From positions 11,284,001 to 11,348,000 of the forward strand of contig CM022678.1 of the NCBI GenBank assembly GCA_012295275.1: a stretch of 64,000 nucleotides of DNA, written 5' to 3'. Under the pieces are notes generated by a model, which worked only from the letters and a program-made list of their open reading frames with translations, had not been told where the DNA came from and ran no database searches. Of this stretch, positions 18,096-33,570 are shown in pieces. This DNA is from Chrysomallon squamiferum (Eukaryota > Animalia > Mollusca). The position numbers and the translations under genes are program-made. Numbering within the stretch: the first letter of the stretch is position 1; each line of letters opens with the position of its first letter.

Positions 18096-18273
18096 TATAA
18101 ATTTATTAAAAGAAACCAAAACAAAACAAACAATGTTATTAGACGGAGAGAAAAAAAAAAAGAAAGACAGAAAAGTGAAAAGAAATAAAGACTAAAAGGA
18201 ATAACAGAAAGCAACAACAACAAAAAAAAACACAATAATAATAAATAAGAATAATAATAATAATAATAATAAC

Positions 18274-18307
<34 letters not shown>

Positions 18308-18459
18308 GAAAATAAAATAAAAGTTAAAGAAATGAAAAATAAATACGAATATATATATATATATATGTATGTATGTATGTATCCATATCTATCTATCTAT
18401 CTACTCTATCTGTGTGTGTGTGTGTGTGTGTGTCTGTATAATGTATTTATAGTATGTGT

Positions 18460-18520
<61 letters not shown>

Positions 18521-19041
18521 TGTGTGTGTGTGTGAGTGTGTGTCTGTGTGTGTGTGTGAGTGTGTGTGTCTGTGTGTGTGAGCTCAAGCAAGGCTAGCAA
18601 GAAAAAGACAGGAAGAAAACAAAAAAGAAGAAAGCGAGAAAGACAGAAATTATAATAACTAGGAGAAAGAAGGAAAAACAATGAAATAAAAAAAGAAAAG
18701 AAGAAGGAAGAAAAGAAATCGAGAAAGAATTAAAATACAAAAAAAATTATTATTATTATTAAAGAAAAGAAAAAAAAAAAAAAAAAAAACATAAAAAAAT
18801 GAAAGGAAAAGAAAGAAAGAAAAAAAATTAAAAAGACAAAAAATATAAGAAAGAAAGAAATGGACAAAAGTTAGAGAAACAAATGAAAAGGTAAAATAAA
18901 GTACACGTCAATAAAGACTATGACAACGAAAAATAGAAAGAACGAGAAAGAGTTAAAACGAAAAAGTGTAGACGAAAAACAGAAAGAAAGAAGAAAGAAA
19001 AGAACAAAAAAAAGCTCAGAAAACATTTATTCAACAGATAC

Positions 19042-19121
<80 letters not shown>

Positions 19122-19501
19122 AAAATTTATATGTGGTGCACATGTTAGTAAAACATAAAATTACAATACACTGAACTGTGAGATATTTTCAATATTATAT
19201 ATATATAAAGAAATAAAGTATTCCTGTGCATAAATCATGGTAAATGTGAGAGTATGAAAGCGTGACGTCGTTGGTGCTGTTGTTGACGTAGGGAATGCTG
19301 CTGAGTTGTTGAAAATCGCGATTGTGGCTGAACGTAGCCAGAAGCAGATTTTTAAGTAGTTAATATAATCATTTCAAAATGATTTGTCACGTCAAGGTCA
19401 TCATGAGGATGATGACGACAATACACCTACAACATCAGCACAACTGCAACAACTAATGGCACTATCATTTCGATTAATTATTTATAATACTACTATTAAT
19501 A

Positions 19502-19592
<91 letters not shown>

Positions 19593-20520
19593 TTTCACCC
19601 TCCAAGCTGATATGTGAGTAATGAGTAATGGTAATAAATAAATTAATAAAAGAACAGATAGTTTTGTTTTCTTTTTTGTTCTGTTTTCTTTATTTATCTA
19701 TTTATTTACTTAAGTATTTGTTTATTTAAAATATTTACTTGTTTATTTATTTATTTATTTTTAATTAATTTATTAATTTATTTTATTATCATTATTACCC
19801 TTTATTTTTATTTTTTTTTATTTTTTATTATTATTATTTTATTTTATTTTTTGTTTGTTTACTATTATTATTAGTGCTTTAAATCTAAATAGAATGCCAG
19901 CTGGATACAAATAAATATTACCAGTACATCTACATACTTTCACCTAACTTTTCTTCTTTTTTTTTCTGGCGGAACTGAAAACTAAATAAATTTTATATCT
20001 TACGAAATGATTATTATTACTGGAGCCCAATATTTACTATTAATAAAGTAAGACAATAAAATAACAAGCTGTATTCTAGATTCAGTGTATTGCTGTCTCG
20101 TCTCTGTGTCACACTGTAATAGTTGAGGAGTGGACGGTTTTAGGATCAACTCTCGATAGCGCTCTAATGTTACTTTATCAAATCACGTGGTATGTGCTCC
20201 CCTGTTTATGTGACGGTGCATGTATATAAATTAATAAATAAATAAACATTTACTGTTAATCTGAAATAAGCCAACCAATCGTATGACTGCACTGAGTTTC
20301 ATTTGTTATTAATCATACGATCCTTAAATAAATGTGTGATGACGTATAATCGTTGATTAAGAATGTGTTTAGTGTTATGGTAAAACAGAACACTCTGTTT
20401 TCTGTTAAATGATTTGCTTGTTAGGAAAACATTTTGTTGACAGATATAAAATTATTTTAAGTTCCTTCTTTCATTTACTGATTAGTTCGATTGTGAGAGA
20501 GAGAGAGAGAGAATAAGAGG

Positions 20521-20634
<114 letters not shown>

Positions 20635-21153
20635 CATGACGCACAATCCCCAATTTATATTCATATATTTTTCATCATCATCATTAGCATCATCATTAAC
20701 ATCATTATCATTTTATCATCAAACTCTTCATTACCACCTAAATCTAACTGGACAAAATTCAAACAATAGCAAAAACACATTCTCAGTTTTACAACGTTTT
20801 ATTGCAGACAAAAGAATACAGACTGGAAGAGTAACAAAGAAGATTTTTTTTTTTTTCTCTTTAAGAGAGTTCATCAGTTTTTTTCGTTGTTGTTATTATT
20901 GTTTGCTGAAAATTGTCACATATGAATTCTTTTGTAAAAAATCGAAATTTTCGAAACAGAAAAGTCTCTAATTTTATTCATCTTAATTTTTGTTTTGTAT
21001 CTTCGTGAATCGTCCGGATTGCTGGAGCAGGAGAGAGAAGCTTTTTGATTGGTGGAGAAGCAAGAGACGAGCTTTGCGATTGGCGGTGAAGCAAGAGAGG
21101 TGGGGAAGGAGAGATACAGTTTCTAAAACGTTTGCTGATTGGTAGATTGTCAT

Positions 21154-21998
21154 CTAGTTACGGCCGCCTGGAAATAAAGTAAGAAAAGAAAAGAAAATTA
21201 AAATCATCGTCTGCGTAGTGTTATAATGTAGAATAAAGAAGTGTTATATTGTTTTTGTGAATTTAAAATTTTATTTGGAGGAATTGAAATTTTACAATAT
21301 TATTTTAACTAAGAGATGAAAAACATAATCATTTGTTAACAACATACATTATAACAGTTTGTTAACAACATACATTATAACAGTTTGTTAACAACATACA
21401 TTATAACAGTTTGTTAACAACATACATTATAACAGTTTGTTAACAACATACATTATAATGATTGTTGTAACACTCAGAGTTTAGTCTAGAAACTTCTGAC
21501 ATTTAAATACATCAACGAAGCAACATCTGAGTTTAAAGATGATAAAAGTACATATTTATAAACACTCACCTTGACGACTGCCCTGGCTTTGTTTGTTGCC
21601 CTGGCTTTGTTTGTTGCCCTGTCCTTGCTGCTTTCCTTGACCTTGCTGCTGGCCTTGACCTTGCTGCTGGCCCTGTCCTTGCTGCTGGCCTTGACCTTGC
21701 TGCTGGCCCTGTCCTTGCTGCTGGCCTTGACCTTGCTGCTGGCCCTGTCCTTGCTGGTTGCCCTGTCGTTGACCTTGTTTGTCACCATCGCAGTCTTTGT
21801 CTCCCTGACCCTGGCCTTGACCTTGTTGTCCCTGTCCCTGACCCCCTGACCTGTTGTCCCTGTCCCTGACCCTGGCTCTTGCCTTGACCGTGACCGTGAC
21901 TGTGGCTCTGGCCTTGACCTTGGCTCTGGCCTTGACCTCTACCACCTCTGCGCTGTAAATGAAACAAGATTGTATTACGGATAATCTCTTGTAGTAAT

Positions 21999-22043
<45 letters not shown>

Positions 22044-22054
22044 AATAATAATAG

Positions 22055-22085
<31 letters not shown>

Positions 22086-23123
22086 AATAATAACTTAATT
22101 AATTAATTAAGATTATTTAATTTAATTGTCTTTTAAATGTGATCAATATAAATTTTCAAATATTTTTAATATTTTCTATTAAATTCTAACATAATATATA
22201 TGAATTTAATATTTAAAACAATTATCTTTACATTTGATATTTTTAAAACTACATTTTTCGATTTGAAATAAAATTTTAAAATACATCTGCACTATCTATC
22301 TATCGATCGATCTATCTATCTGTCTATCTATCTGTCTGTCTCTCTATCTGTCTACCTATCCTCAAACATTTTAAAATGTATACATTTATATATTTATATT
22401 GTCGAATGCATTACATAGATCTTTCAATGTAAAAGTGAAATATTTCAGTTTAGTACAGATAATTACAGAGTATAGATACATACATATTAATATTTTAGAG
22501 AAAAATCTAATAACAAATTATTTTAAATTTTCAATGGCTTTTTTCTTTTAACAAAAAACTTAATATATAAACTTATATATTTTACAGTACGTAAAATAGG
22601 GATTACTGTTTTTGATTGTTGTTTTTTTTTTTTTTAGCAAAATAAATAAATAAAAATAAAATAAAATAAAACCAGAAATATAATAATAATATTTTTTGAA
22701 GCTTTCTATATAACAAATAATTTTTTTAAATTACTTAAAATATCAATTTATGCTTTAGTTAAAATAGTTTTTATTATACTTTGAACAGTATCTTTCTGTA
22801 CATGCAGGAAACAACTTTTTGAAATTGTAAAATTAATTCAATAAATTAAAAATCTCTGTATATGCATCACACAGTAAAATTTTAAAATTTTATTCGTTCA
22901 CTTTTTATAATATATTTTAAATGTAAAAAATTTTGGCAGTATTCCTATTAATAAAACATATTTATAATATATTTATAATTCAGATTTTGATATGATAATT
23001 AATAAAAACGTGAAAGAAAAATATTAAAAGAATTTTAAAACTGGTTTTTTTTTCTGAATTAATTTTTCTGAACGTCAAAGTTCAAAAATAAAGAAACGAC
23101 AACAAAAGTAAATAAATAAATAA

Positions 23124-23171
<48 letters not shown>

Positions 23172-23174
23172 AAT

Positions 23175-23228
<54 letters not shown>

Positions 23229-23862
23229 TATAATAATAATGATAATGATAATTTTAAAAAAGAGATTTCAACCAATTTAATAACCTAATATACTTTTTAT
23301 AATTTGCTAAATAATTTAATACATTTAAAAATTGTATCTGCGCGTTATTTTAGAGTAGAAATTTTAAAACTATTTTATTTTTCTTTCAGACGTTTACTAA
23401 CTGCGTTTTTTTTTTTAGAAATATATCTACTAGTATAATATGTAAAGTATGTTTACTTACATATACAATTAACAAATATATATATCAGTGTAATATATGA
23501 AGTATATTTATTAACATATAAAATTACAAAATACACCTACTAATATATGAAATTTGTGTACTAACATATGTAATAAAAATATATCCACTAGTGTAATATA
23601 TAAAATATATTAAAATATATATTAAACAAAAATATATCTACTAGTATAATATCTAAAGTCCAGTAACATATAAAATAAAATAAAATAGATCTACTAGTCT
23701 AAATGAAGTATGTGAACTAATATATGTATAAAATAAAAAATATATATGTACTACCATTTAAAATAGATAGATAGATAGATAGATAAATAAAAATGTACTC
23801 ACCTGCTCAGAAAGAGCAACTACGAGGAGGACAACAAGAAGACCAAAAAGAATTTTGTTCAT
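21154..23862 (-). pseudogene. GQ-C: third GQ paralogue with a frameshift in exon 2 (pseudogene or assembly indel). Exons 23862-23803, 21952-21570, 21167-21154
   Basis: Exon 1 is identical to GQ-B (MNKILFGLLVVLLVVALSEQ). Exon 2 starts RRGGRGQGQSQGQGQSHSHGHGQGK... but is 383 nt (3n+2, not 3n+1). The GQ frame switches at ~21842-21853, giving a premature TGA at 21784-21782, while the downstream frame continues ...GDKDCDGDKQ...GQGQQQ...SRQG|GRN*. Splice sites and promoter are intact. Confidence 0.75.
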
Positions 23863-23962
23863 GATGAAGATTTTTGTTTTCGTCGACGAGTTTGCTGAAA
23901 ATCTCAACAAGTTGCTACCGCGTTGTATTCAACAGTGATGCCGTCGTTTCAGCCGTCGTTCC

Positions 23963-23969
23963 TTATATA
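23963..23969 (-). promoter_or_regulatory. TATA box (TATATAA) of GQ-C
   Basis: Same context as the GQ-B promoter. Confidence 0.75.
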
Positions 23970-24113
23970 AGACAACGTCAGACAAAGAAATGGAGCACAT
24001 GACTTGAAGAATTTACACAAACAAGGTCCCATGATCCTGAGTCATATTCAAATTTCATTCCAGAAGCCAAATCGTGACTTCCAAATAACCGGGTATAGAA
24101 ATCTGGGGTACCT

Positions 24114-24160
<47 letters not shown>

Positions 24161-24431
24161 AAAAAATGAAATTATAATAATAATCAAAAAAAAAAAATAA
24201 ATAAATAAAAATAATAATTAAATACTAGACTTACTGTCCCGAATAAATCAAAGAGTATTTAATTGTATTGTTATTTTGTAGTGTGTAGCACAAATCACGT
24301 GGTTGCACTTTGTTCAAGTGAGGCAGATGTCTTACAAATTCGTGACTCGAAAACTGCTTTGTCAGGTTGCAGAAATAAACACAGGCTGAAAGTGGCGCCT
24401 ACAAGTAGCAATAAATTCCTTGATTAGTAAT

Positions 24432-24526
<95 letters not shown>

Positions 24527-25056
24527 TCTGCTTTTATTTTGTTTGTTTTTATTGTTATTATTATTATTATTATTATTATTTTTTTTTTTTTTCAAATGGC
24601 TATTCGAATTTGGTGTTGTTATTTTCGGTTCCTTTTCGTTTTACATTGTTTTTTTTACTTTTATAATATATATACATATATACATATATATATATATATG
24701 TAGAGTGCTAATACGACCAGTCTTTTACCTAGTTATATATATATATATATATATTTGTTAATATGAATTACATAGCTAAACGGGTAGATTGTCTCACCTT
24801 GTGGAACAACATACGGAACAGCGCCAGTTTAAAACATTAGGTTATTTTATTTATTCATTTTCAAAACTTTGTTTATTTTCATTTTCTGTCTTGTATTCTT
24901 TGCTGTTATTGTCGAGAGAAGAATTGTTGTTGTTGTTTGTTTTTTTGTTTGTTTTTGTTATTTAACGGAAGCGTGAAACAAAAATATTAAAAGATTTTAA
25001 AAATTTCACTTTTCTGAATTAATTTTTCTGGACGTCAAAGGAACGTAAAAGTTAAA

Positions 25057-25087
<31 letters not shown>

Positions 25088-25090
25088 AAA

Positions 25091-25122
<32 letters not shown>

Positions 25123-25369
25123 TAATAATAAAGCAAATTAAAAAGATAAAAAACAACAACAAAAAAAACGAAATAGAAAAACAGGAATTAAGGATGAAAA
25201 AAATAAAAATAAAAATAAGAATAATAACAAAAGAAAACATTATTAGATAGAAAGAAAAATAAAATGAATAAAAGAAAGATAAAATAAATGAATAAACAAA
25301 CGTAAACAAAATAAAATAAAATAAAATAAAAGTTAAACAAATGAAAAATAAATAACTCATAAAATAAGA

Positions 25370-25845
25370 ATACACACACACACACACACACACATACATA
25401 CAAGCATACATATATATACATACAAAATATGCACGCATCCATGCATACATGCATACATACATACATCCAACCATCCATACGTACATACATACATACATAT
25501 ATACATCCATACATACATACATGCTCACATACTGCATACATAATGCATACATACATACATGCATACATGCATACGTGCATGCATTCATACATACATACAT
25601 ATATGCATATATACATCCATACATATATACATGCATACATATATACATACATGCATACAAACATACATACGCATACGTACATACACACACATACATACAT
25701 ACATACATACGTACATACATCCATACATGCATGCATGCATATATACATACATTCATAAATACATACATATATACATACATAAATACATAAATACATGCAT
25801 ACATAAATACATACATACACACAGACACACACACGCACAGACACA
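25370..25845. repeat. Degenerate (CATA)n/(GCAT)n/(CA)n compound microsatellite
   Basis: Visible; source of the M/Y/V/C and H/T/Y/I ORFs. Confidence 0.9.
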
Positions 25846-26021
25846 TGTCAAGCAAGGCTGGCAAGAAATTGGAAAGTACGAAAGATAGAAAGACAAAAAA
25901 AAAAAGAACGAAAGAAACAAATGGAAAAAACTAGAGAAACAGATGAAAAGATAAAATAAAGTAAATTTAAATAAAGACAATCACGCCGAACAATAAAAAT
26001 AAAACGAAAGAAAAGTGAAAA

Positions 26022-26084
<63 letters not shown>

Positions 26085-27271
26085 GACAAGGTTTAATTAC
26101 GGGTAACGCATGACAAGTTTTGTATGGGGTGCGCATGTCAGTGACACATATCAGGTTACAGCACGCTCAGCTGTGAGATATTTTAATACCCGCACCGGGT
26201 CACGTGAACCTCTAACAGTATTTGTTAATAATGTCACTCGTCTAAGTCTGAAAGGCACTTATAAACAGGTATATAAATGAAGAAAACGAAGAGAAAAGAA
26301 GTAAAGTGCTGTTGTGGTGGGAAAATCGTGGTAAACGTGAGCACAGCGAAGCGTGACGTCGTTCATGCTGTTGTTGACGTAGATGTTGTTGTTGCAGTCG
26401 TTGATAATAGTTCTTTGTGCTTGAATGTTGCCAGAAGCAGATTTTTTTTTTTTTTGTCGTTATTGCAGTTAATATAATCATTTAAAAATAATTTGTCGCG
26501 TGAATTTTTTTCTCGTTAATGATGATGATGATTATGATGATAATGGCAATGATGATGATGATGGTGACAGATTTATGATAAGAAGAAAATATGAATGAAA
26601 GAAGAAAAAATAAAATAAGAAGAAAATTATGAAAAAAGAAAGAAAGTAAAACTAAATTACATTTAAAATGGAAATTTTGAAAGAAAGAAAGCAGGAAAAT
26701 TGATAAATAAATAAAATAATTGTATAAATAAATAAAGAAACAAGGAAATAAATAAATAATAAAAAATAAGCAAGCATGCAAACAAACAAATGAATGAATG
26801 AATGACTAAATAAATAAATACATAGATAGATATATAGCTAGCTAGCTAGATAGGTAGATAAATAAATAAATAAACATAAAACTATTTCAAAAGAAAATCA
26901 AATCATGAGCGAGTGTTAATGTTTGTTCTGTAGAAGAAGAAGAAGAAGAAGAAGAAGAAGAAGAAGAAGAAGAAGAAGAAACAAATATTTTATTTGAGGA
27001 CAGTTTTCATCTCACTTTTACAGCTTCAGTTTATCATATTTTCAGTTTACCAGTGGTTCGCTATGTTTGTTTTATTTATTTATTTGATTTTTTTTTTTTT
27101 TTACCCCGCTTCTAGATTAACTGTTTTTGTCCTCATTTCAAAAAGTGTCTAGTTACGGTAATAGCTATTGGATTGAGAATTAGAGATGAAACCCGACTCC
27201 ATCACGGAATGAGCTATTTTAAGCGAATAAAATGAAGGGATCTTGTGTGTGTGTGTGTGTGTCTGTGTGTG

Positions 27272-27328
<57 letters not shown>

Positions 27329-27567
27329 CAAAGTAAGAAGGGTATTTGATAACTTAGTGGAACCGGAGAAAAGGCAACGAACGTAATACTGTTTGTGACG
27401 TATTGTTTTGTCTCGCGCTTTGGCTACTAGTTCGTCATTTCAGACACAATGGTCACGTGATCCGCATGAAATTGACACGTTCGTTGAACCCAGTTCCGAG
27501 AAACCGGGGGAAAAAAAAATAAAAGTGATTTGATTTAGTCAGTAAATACTGGAAAAAACAAACAAAC

Positions 27568-27650
<83 letters not shown>

Positions 27651-28707
27651 TTTTTTCTTTTGTTTAGTCGAACGTCGTTACAGTAATATTTAATTTAACA
27701 GTCATACTTAAACTAAAAAATATAAGTATTTTGAATCTCCTGCATAATCTGTTCGCCAGCGAGAATTCTTTTACAGTCAGTTTGAGACACAAATACAAAA
27801 CTCTGTCTTTAATGCACAAAATTAATCCAGTGATTAAACCAGGTTTCGAAGCCAACAAAGGGAGAGAATCGCGGCAACTTTCATGCTGTGTTTTTTTGTT
27901 TTTGTTTTAGCGACAACGATCTGCTTAAAAATCCGCCATTTTTCTGAACTTGGCTCTTTATTGACGTTCTTCGATTTCAGTGTCATTCACGCTCGAGTGA
28001 TTTTCACAAGATTTCGTTTAGATGTGTTTAACTTTTTTTTTTTATTTTATTTTTATATATATATATTAATTGTAGAATGCCTTCCACGCTTGGATGAGCC
28101 AACCATTGATCGTTTTACAAAAAGCCTGTGTCAAATGTACTAAGTAACGTGACTCGATCTATTTTTAACACAATAAAAATAGCGTGCTGCTCTTGTTAGC
28201 AAAACGTCAGTAAAGTTTTATTGCAGGGTGCAGAAAAGTCGTGGGTACTTCGGGATTTTGCGTTCACAGCATTTTCGTACTTATTTTTGTGGTGGTTTTA
28301 TTATTATTATTTTTTTTTTTATTTTTTTTTTTTGCTGCTGCTGCTGTTGTTGTTCAAACATATGTTAACTGAATATAGACGACCATATGCAAGTTTTCTG
28401 TAAATACCTGTATCTTCGTTATGTATTTATGTAATAATTTGAAATTATTGATTATATTTAATTAAGGACATATACACGCATGTACATCACAGAAACACAC
28501 TGCGCAAACATAAACACGTACGTACAGAAACACACAGACATGAAAATAAACGCACGACGCAACACACTTACGTACGCATACACGCACAAACACACACAAA
28601 CATGCACGCATATCCGCGACTTTGGGTCATGTATTTAAATTCGTTTTCTCAGTATTTTTATTCATATATTATTAGTACTTTTTTAATCCTGAATTAAATA
28701 TGTGCAA

Positions 28708-28778
<71 letters not shown>

Positions 28779-29581
28779 CAGCACCACCAACAACGTCAAA
28801 ACCCCAATAATCTGCTAAAATCCATTACTAATAAGGTATCGCTTTAAATATCATTTCCGACACAGAAATATGGATGTATATGTTGGAGCATTTGCTGGAA
28901 CGAATTTTGCGCTAGTGCGTTCCAGAAAAAATGGAAATATATCCAAAACGTTATACAGCATTTATAAATAAACATGCTGAAACACATTAACAGCCAGCTA
29001 ACTACAAAACGATTTATAAATGTTTCTAAGCGAACAACTTTAAATCGATTCTGGCACTTGTTTCATCATTAAATGCCACGTTTAAATGAATATTCAAGCG
29101 AGGGTCTGTTTTTCGTCCAATCAAAAAGAGATTAGTATTCTAACCCGAAGCTGTTACAGACACGAATTTCGATAATTCGTTGCAAAAACAGAAATTGTCG
29201 TTCGCGCCTGTTCTGAAAAAAAAAAAAAATAATAATAATAATAATAATAATAAAATAAAATAAAATAAAATAAAATAAATAACAAAAAATAACAAAAATG
29301 AAAAAAAAAAAAACCGGGAAAACTGGGACCAGGCAGAAGATGGATTATTTATAGAACGTCAAAATGACGCAGTTTCAGTAAATTATCGACAAAAGGAAAG
29401 AAAACATGAACGAAACTAGACAAAAAGAACCCAAATTAAACATGTAAATATTTATTTATTATTTTTTACTTAGTTTCTTTTGTTTTGTTACATTTATGTT
29501 TGAGGAATGATGAGTGCATTGTCGTAGTTTGTTTTGTTCTTGTTTTATTTGTTAATAATTGTTTGTTTTTGTTTGGGGTAA

Positions 29582-29630
<49 letters not shown>

Positions 29631-30613
29631 TAGAGTTCAATGTTTATTTTTCCGGACATGAAAGGTAAGTGATGAAGTCTTTCTTTTACTGAAGTCCCTA
29701 ATCCAGATTAGTTTAATTCTTACATAAATAGACAAATAAATAAATAGACAAATAAATAAATAGACAAATAAATAAATAAATAAATAAAAGCTGTGACTTT
29801 TCAATATGGAATAAAAAAATAAATAAAATAAAATAAATTATATATTTTCTTTGTCAAGTTTGATTTTTAGTGCACTGTTAGAGAACAATTAATGTCACCT
29901 GATTTTCAGTTCTAACCACTGTCTGTAAATTCTTGTTGATTAGCTAACATGGGCAATAACTCTATTCACATTTATTTTTTAAACAATAAATTTCCTGTAA
30001 CACAATCTTTCTGAGCTAATAAAAATTTACAACCCTGCACCATCCATATTTCATAGATTTTAAGATTTGTTGTCATCATCTTTAAGTCAGTTGGGATTTG
30101 TAATGAAGATAGTTTTTCTTCATTCCTGAACTTTGTGACATCTTTATTGGAATGAAGAAAGAAAAATATATTTCTTTTTTTGTCTACTGACATGTTGTTA
30201 GTTTTCAAAGAAAAACATTCTCTCTTTTCCAGTGGTTATTTTCATACTTGGCCTTGCAGTAATTTTTCAGAAAATTATCTGAATTGTTTTTCAGAAGAAA
30301 TTTGTTTTTAATTCAAAGTTTTTTTTTTACATGTACCGTTATAAAGGTTGTTACTGATGTGTTGTATAAAACTAAAATAAAATGTGTTAGTAAAAAAACC
30401 CAGATAATTATGATCTCTGTCTCTTTCTTTCTGTCTCAGTGTCTCTCTTTCAGTCTCTGTCTTTGATTTATCTCACTTTCTGTTTCTATTTATTATCTAA
30501 AACTCTAAATACTCTAAATCTCTTTTCTCTCTCTGTATGTCTATGTGTGTTTACATATATATCTTTCTAAGTCATGTATCTTTTTTCTTTCTTTCTTTTT
30601 CTTTTTTTTCTCT

Positions 30614-30687
<74 letters not shown>

Positions 30688-30809
30688 TTTATTTGTTCAA
30701 CATTCATCATCATTTTTCTATCACAACAGTGTAAAGATGACCTCTGTGAACCAAAACTCATGCTTAATTTGCTCTGTCTGATTTTCCATCTCTTCCTTCA
30801 TTTTTTTCC

Positions 30810-30903
<94 letters not shown>

Positions 30904-32281
30904 TTCTTTACCTGCTTGACCGGGACATTGTACTTGAACCTCATTGTTTCAGTCACTGCGTGTGACAGGCAGGGGAAAGTGAGTTAATTCAATCTGTCTG
31001 ATAACAACTGTGTATTTCTCAGTTAATTTTTTTCTCGTTTGTTCGGCAACTGTCTGGCCCAGTACTTATAAATACACACTTTGTTTTACCACTTCATTAC
31101 ACCTCCTTTCCCTGACACTTCACTGCACTTCATTTTAACAGTTCACCGCACACTCTTCAGTCACTTTACAAGTACTATTTATAACACGTGTAATACAGAT
31201 CATATCGCGTGGTCTTTTGTCAGATGAACAAGATATATGTGTGTGTGTGTGTGTTACTGGGTGGATTTTTTTTTTTATGCAAAAAAAAAATATATAAAAA
31301 ATTTCAGGAAAAAGTTAGGGGATGGGGGGAGAGGAAACAGAAAAGAAAGAATACAGATTATAAATAGTGGGTATTGTTTTACGTTCATGTACAGTATGAA
31401 TCATATCTCATGGTTTCTTGTCAGATAAATGTTATATGTCAATGAATGGGTTTTTTTTTTTTTTTTTAATTCAGAAAATAGATTTTGCCAGGAGCAGAGT
31501 TAAGGGGGTGGAGGTGAAAGATAAAAGAGAGAATCCAGATATAAATAAGGGGGGGTGTTGTTTTACTTTCATTTAAACAGACTGTGGACAGTACAGAAAT
31601 GAGTGAAGAAGGTACTGATCTAGAAAAGAGAGTAAAACACACATTGTTGATTTTACTGTTATGTAATAAATAAGAGGAAATCTTGAAATTAATAAGGAGG
31701 GAGGTTATTGCAAATAAAATGTAAAAACTTTTTTTTTTTAAATGTGTGTGTGTGTGTTTCTGTGTGTGTATGTGTGTTTCTGTGTGTGTGTGTGTGTGTG
31801 TGTGCTATAATGTGGAGAAAAAGAAAAAAAAAACAAAAAAACTGGAGTACAGTTTAATAAATAATATCTAAAATAATTTTTTTCAGAAATAGATACTGGT
31901 ATATAAAAGATTCCTTGCTGTTAATAACAACCCATGTGGCACTAGCAGGTTTCTTCTCTCAAGACATTGTTTTGTACACACTAATGACTGATAATTAATT
32001 CTTACTATTTATTCATTATTATAACAGGCCCTGATATTGTAAAATTCTTGCTGAAATGTGCTGAGATGTTATGAAACATGTGTTAATTCATTAGCATTTG
32101 CATTAACATAATTTAAATATAACATGAAGTTTTCACACCTATCTTTTTTTTATCAGACTCAGTCTTATGCATTAATTTTTAATTACAAAATGTCCTCTTG
32201 TTTTGTGAACATTGTTGTGACTTAGAAAACCTTGCAGTCTGGTTTCTTTTGAACTCTTAATTTTCATGTCCTCACTGGTTT

Positions 32282-32312
<31 letters not shown>

Positions 32313-32700
32313 TTTTTTTATATACTTTGTTAGATATGTGGGTTTAATTAATAATCAAGAAGTTAAATATTTTTGTTTATTGTTTATTGTATGATATATT
32401 GTTGTATTTCATAGTGAAATGATATACAGTGAGATTAGAATAATATAATAGCAGGTTTTGAAACGTTTATTTTTATATTTGAACTTCTTTAATTTTTTTA
32501 TGATTATTATTATTATTTTTTTTAATAATTGTGTTTTATTCTCACTGTTATTTTACTAATTATTTCTGTCTGTGTCCACCATTTTATTTCTCACTTGTCT
32601 CTTTCTGTCTCTCCCAGCATTCCATCTTTCTTTCTCATTGTCTTTATATCTTTCTCTCTCAATCTCTCACTCATACTATATTTTTTTCTTTTTCTATATA

Positions 32701-32887
<187 letters not shown>

Positions 32888-33375
32888 AGCACAATTCTAC
32901 AGTACACTGTTATCTATTCACAGCGCTGTTAAACTAGGGTGATATTTAAAACACTTTCTCCATCACCCTTTTTACGTCTAATAACGTTTTTCCCTTTCTC
33001 TTTTCTTGTGTCCAATTTTCATCGCCAATTTCCTATAACAATGGACATTGTGTGGTCAGTGCGAGGTGACCACTCGCTGTGAAATGAATACATGGTCAAT
33101 GTGTGGATGGTGTGAAGAAGGAATGATGGTGAGTAAATTAGAGTCGTGACAGAGATGGGTTTGTTGGGTTACAACTCGCAGTTTTTTGTTTTAGAGATTC
33201 AGAGATGTTCTTGTTTTTTGTTCTTCTGTCTGTAAATCTGTGTGTCTGTTTTTCTTTTTTCTTTGTATTTTGTGCTGTGTTAATTTATGTTTTTTATTTA
33301 ATGTAAATTTGTTGTGTTTTGTTTTATTTAATTTAAATTGATATTTTTTTGTTGTGTTTTAATTTTTTAAAATAA

Positions 33376-33408
<33 letters not shown>

Positions 33409-33534
33409 AATTTTTAATTGTTTTTTAAATTTACTGTATTTTGTTTTATTTAGAGATATATTTTTAATTTTGTTTTGTTTATTTAATTTAATTTTAGATT
33501 TTTAAATTGTTTATTTGATTATATTTTTTGTTTT

Positions 33535-33570
<36 letters not shown>

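Noticed and set aside
24968-25045. Extra copy of a GQ intron-1 segment (cf. ~15598-15660, ~23005-23085) as a hidden exon
   Set aside because: AT-rich, no open frame with splice sites; most likely a small local duplication
29972-30208. 78-aa minus-strand ORF (and the 85-aa ORF at 62928-63185)
   Set aside because: No recognisable motif or supporting splice sites
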